NCBI GenBank assembly: GCA_964552485.1
Contig: CAZKHH010000002.1
Coordinates: forward strand, 1 to 45,964
Source of the DNA: an uncultured Dehalococcoidales bacterium
GTDB taxonomy: Bacteria; Chloroflexota; Dehalococcoidia; GIF9; AB-539-J10
Direction of reading: 5' to 3'
Length of the DNA stretch: 45,964 nt
Below are positions 45,185 to 45,964 of this stretch, one piece after another. Each line of letters begins with the position of its first letter. The stretch's first letter is position 1. The position numbers and the translations under genes were made by a program. Under the pieces are notes generated by a model that saw nothing but the letters and a program-made list of their open reading frames with translations, was not told the origin of the DNA and made no database searches.

Positions 45185-45964
45185 TTATCGCCGGAAAACG
45201 ATGGACGCGTAGCCCACGACGCGCGAGTAGTCACCGGTCGTGTCGCCGCTCGTGCCATACTTCAGCAATTGCGCGCTAGTTGCTCCACGCAGCACCGCCG
45301 CCCGCGCGACAGCACCAACGGGACCATACCCGCACATGCTCGAGGAGTGTATTCCCAGCCTGTGGTACATCTCCTCTACGTCGAACCCTGTGATCGCCTC
45401 GACAATATCCGTGTCCTTGTCCTGGGCGGTCTGTTGGGGTTCGTAGTGGGTGAAATCCGTGCTTGCTATGAAGACAACATTCCCCTCGAGACGTGCCAGG
45501 GCTTCGCCCACTTCGATGGCAGTTGACGCATCCTGCGACAGCATCGCAACGGGCACGATTCGTACAGAGTCGCCGTAGAGGTGTTGAAGCCAGGGCACCT
45601 GCACCTCCACGCTGTGCTCATAGATATGAGCCGATTCCCCGCTGCGTATCACGCCACCTACAAGGGCACGGGCTCGTTCCTCGTCTATCTTCGCATCGCC
45701 AAAGGGCGTATTCCAGGCACCGGATGTCCATACCGACACGGCCGTCCCGTAGCCCGTGTGATTCGGGCCGACAATCACCGCCGTGTCCACGCGCCCGTCA
45801 GCAGCCAGCGCGTGATAGGCGTGAGCGGCCACGGGGCCCGATGCCATGTAGCCGGCATGCGGAGCGACAAGCGCGACGATTTCCCGCGGTCCTGACTCGT
45901 TGATCTCAGGAACGCTGCCCGGCCCAAGTCTGTGCCGGTAGCACCATTCCAACTGGTCGACGAC
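45185..45964 (-). CDS. Memo-like protein (AmmeMemoRadiSam system protein B), N-terminus outside the window
   Basis: The sequence contains LVAPHAGYMASGPVAAHAY, GPNHTG and FIASTDFTHY. The reading frame stays open to the window edge. Confidence 0.8.
   Translation of the reverse strand, partial: VVDQLEWCYRHRLGPGSVPEINESGPREIVALVAPHAGYMASGPVAAHAYHALAADGRVDTAVIVGPNHTGYGTAVSVWTSGAWNTPFGDAKIDEERARALVGGVIRSGESAHIYEHSVEVQVPWLQHLYGDSVRIVPVAMLSQDASTAIEVGEALARLEGNVVFIASTDFTHYEPQQTAQDKDTDIVEAITGFDVEEMYHRLGIHSSSMCGYGPVGAVARAAVLRGATSAQLLKYGTSGDTTGDYSRVVGYASIVFRR

Noticed and set aside
44677-45526. Four ORFs overlap the rnpB region: 44677-44940 +, 44808-45005 -, 44915-45145 - and 45116-45526 +.
   Set aside because: The region is fully explained by a type-A RNase P RNA with all universal blocks, and by the convergent Memo-like gene.
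1-45964. I searched for CRISPR arrays, IS elements or transposases, integrases, toxin-antitoxin or other defence-type genes, and rRNA and tRNA genes.
   Set aside because: No regularly spaced direct repeats, terminal inverted repeats, recombinase motifs or rRNA/tRNA signatures were seen. Gene content is core metabolism and information processing throughout.

Overview
This 46 kb window is a visibly GC-rich bacterial chromosomal segment (GC not computed) made up almost entirely of core housekeeping genes. I call 40 protein-coding genes, with the last one truncated by the window end, plus one RNA gene, a type-A RNase P RNA. From left to right on both strands the window contains:
- the nusA-ylxR-infB-rbfA operon;
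- a 4-hydroxybutyryl-CoA dehydratase, acyl-CoA dehydrogenase and crotonase module;
- two small Cys-rich proteins of unknown function;
- inositol-3-phosphate synthase, a CDP-alcohol phosphatidyltransferase and purA;
- a tight rpsO-pnp-dapB-asd-dapA array;
- purF-purM-purH;
- a nicotinamidase/nicotinate phosphoribosyltransferase fusion;
- a DUF763 protein, cvpA, and a small protein-tatD-trxA operon;
- a PadR regulator with a membrane partner;
- ruvB, rpoB-rpoC and mutS;
- ybeY and gmk;
- birA coupled to an SSS-family permease;
- an MBL-fold hydrolase, a COG1579 zinc-ribbon protein, rnpB and a Memo-like gene.

I found no tRNA or rRNA genes, CRISPR arrays, transposases, integrases or obvious defence islands. 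I also found no convincing evidence for a wholly new multi-gene system.

The observations most worth following up are:
- a BirA-operator-like inverted repeat (GTTAACC-N14-GGTTAAC) over the start of a birA-SSS permease operon, which makes the permease a candidate vitamin or biotin importer;
- the PncA-NAPRT fusion;
- the ino1-PIP-synthase-like-purA coupling, which sits behind a long leader;
- a PadR/HAAS-like pair with a palindromic operator;
- a terminator hairpin in the nusA leader, with no rimP present;
- several near-consensus sigma70-type promoters placed so close to start codons that the transcripts would be leaderless.

All functional calls come from my reading of motifs in the supplied translations. 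No database search was run.
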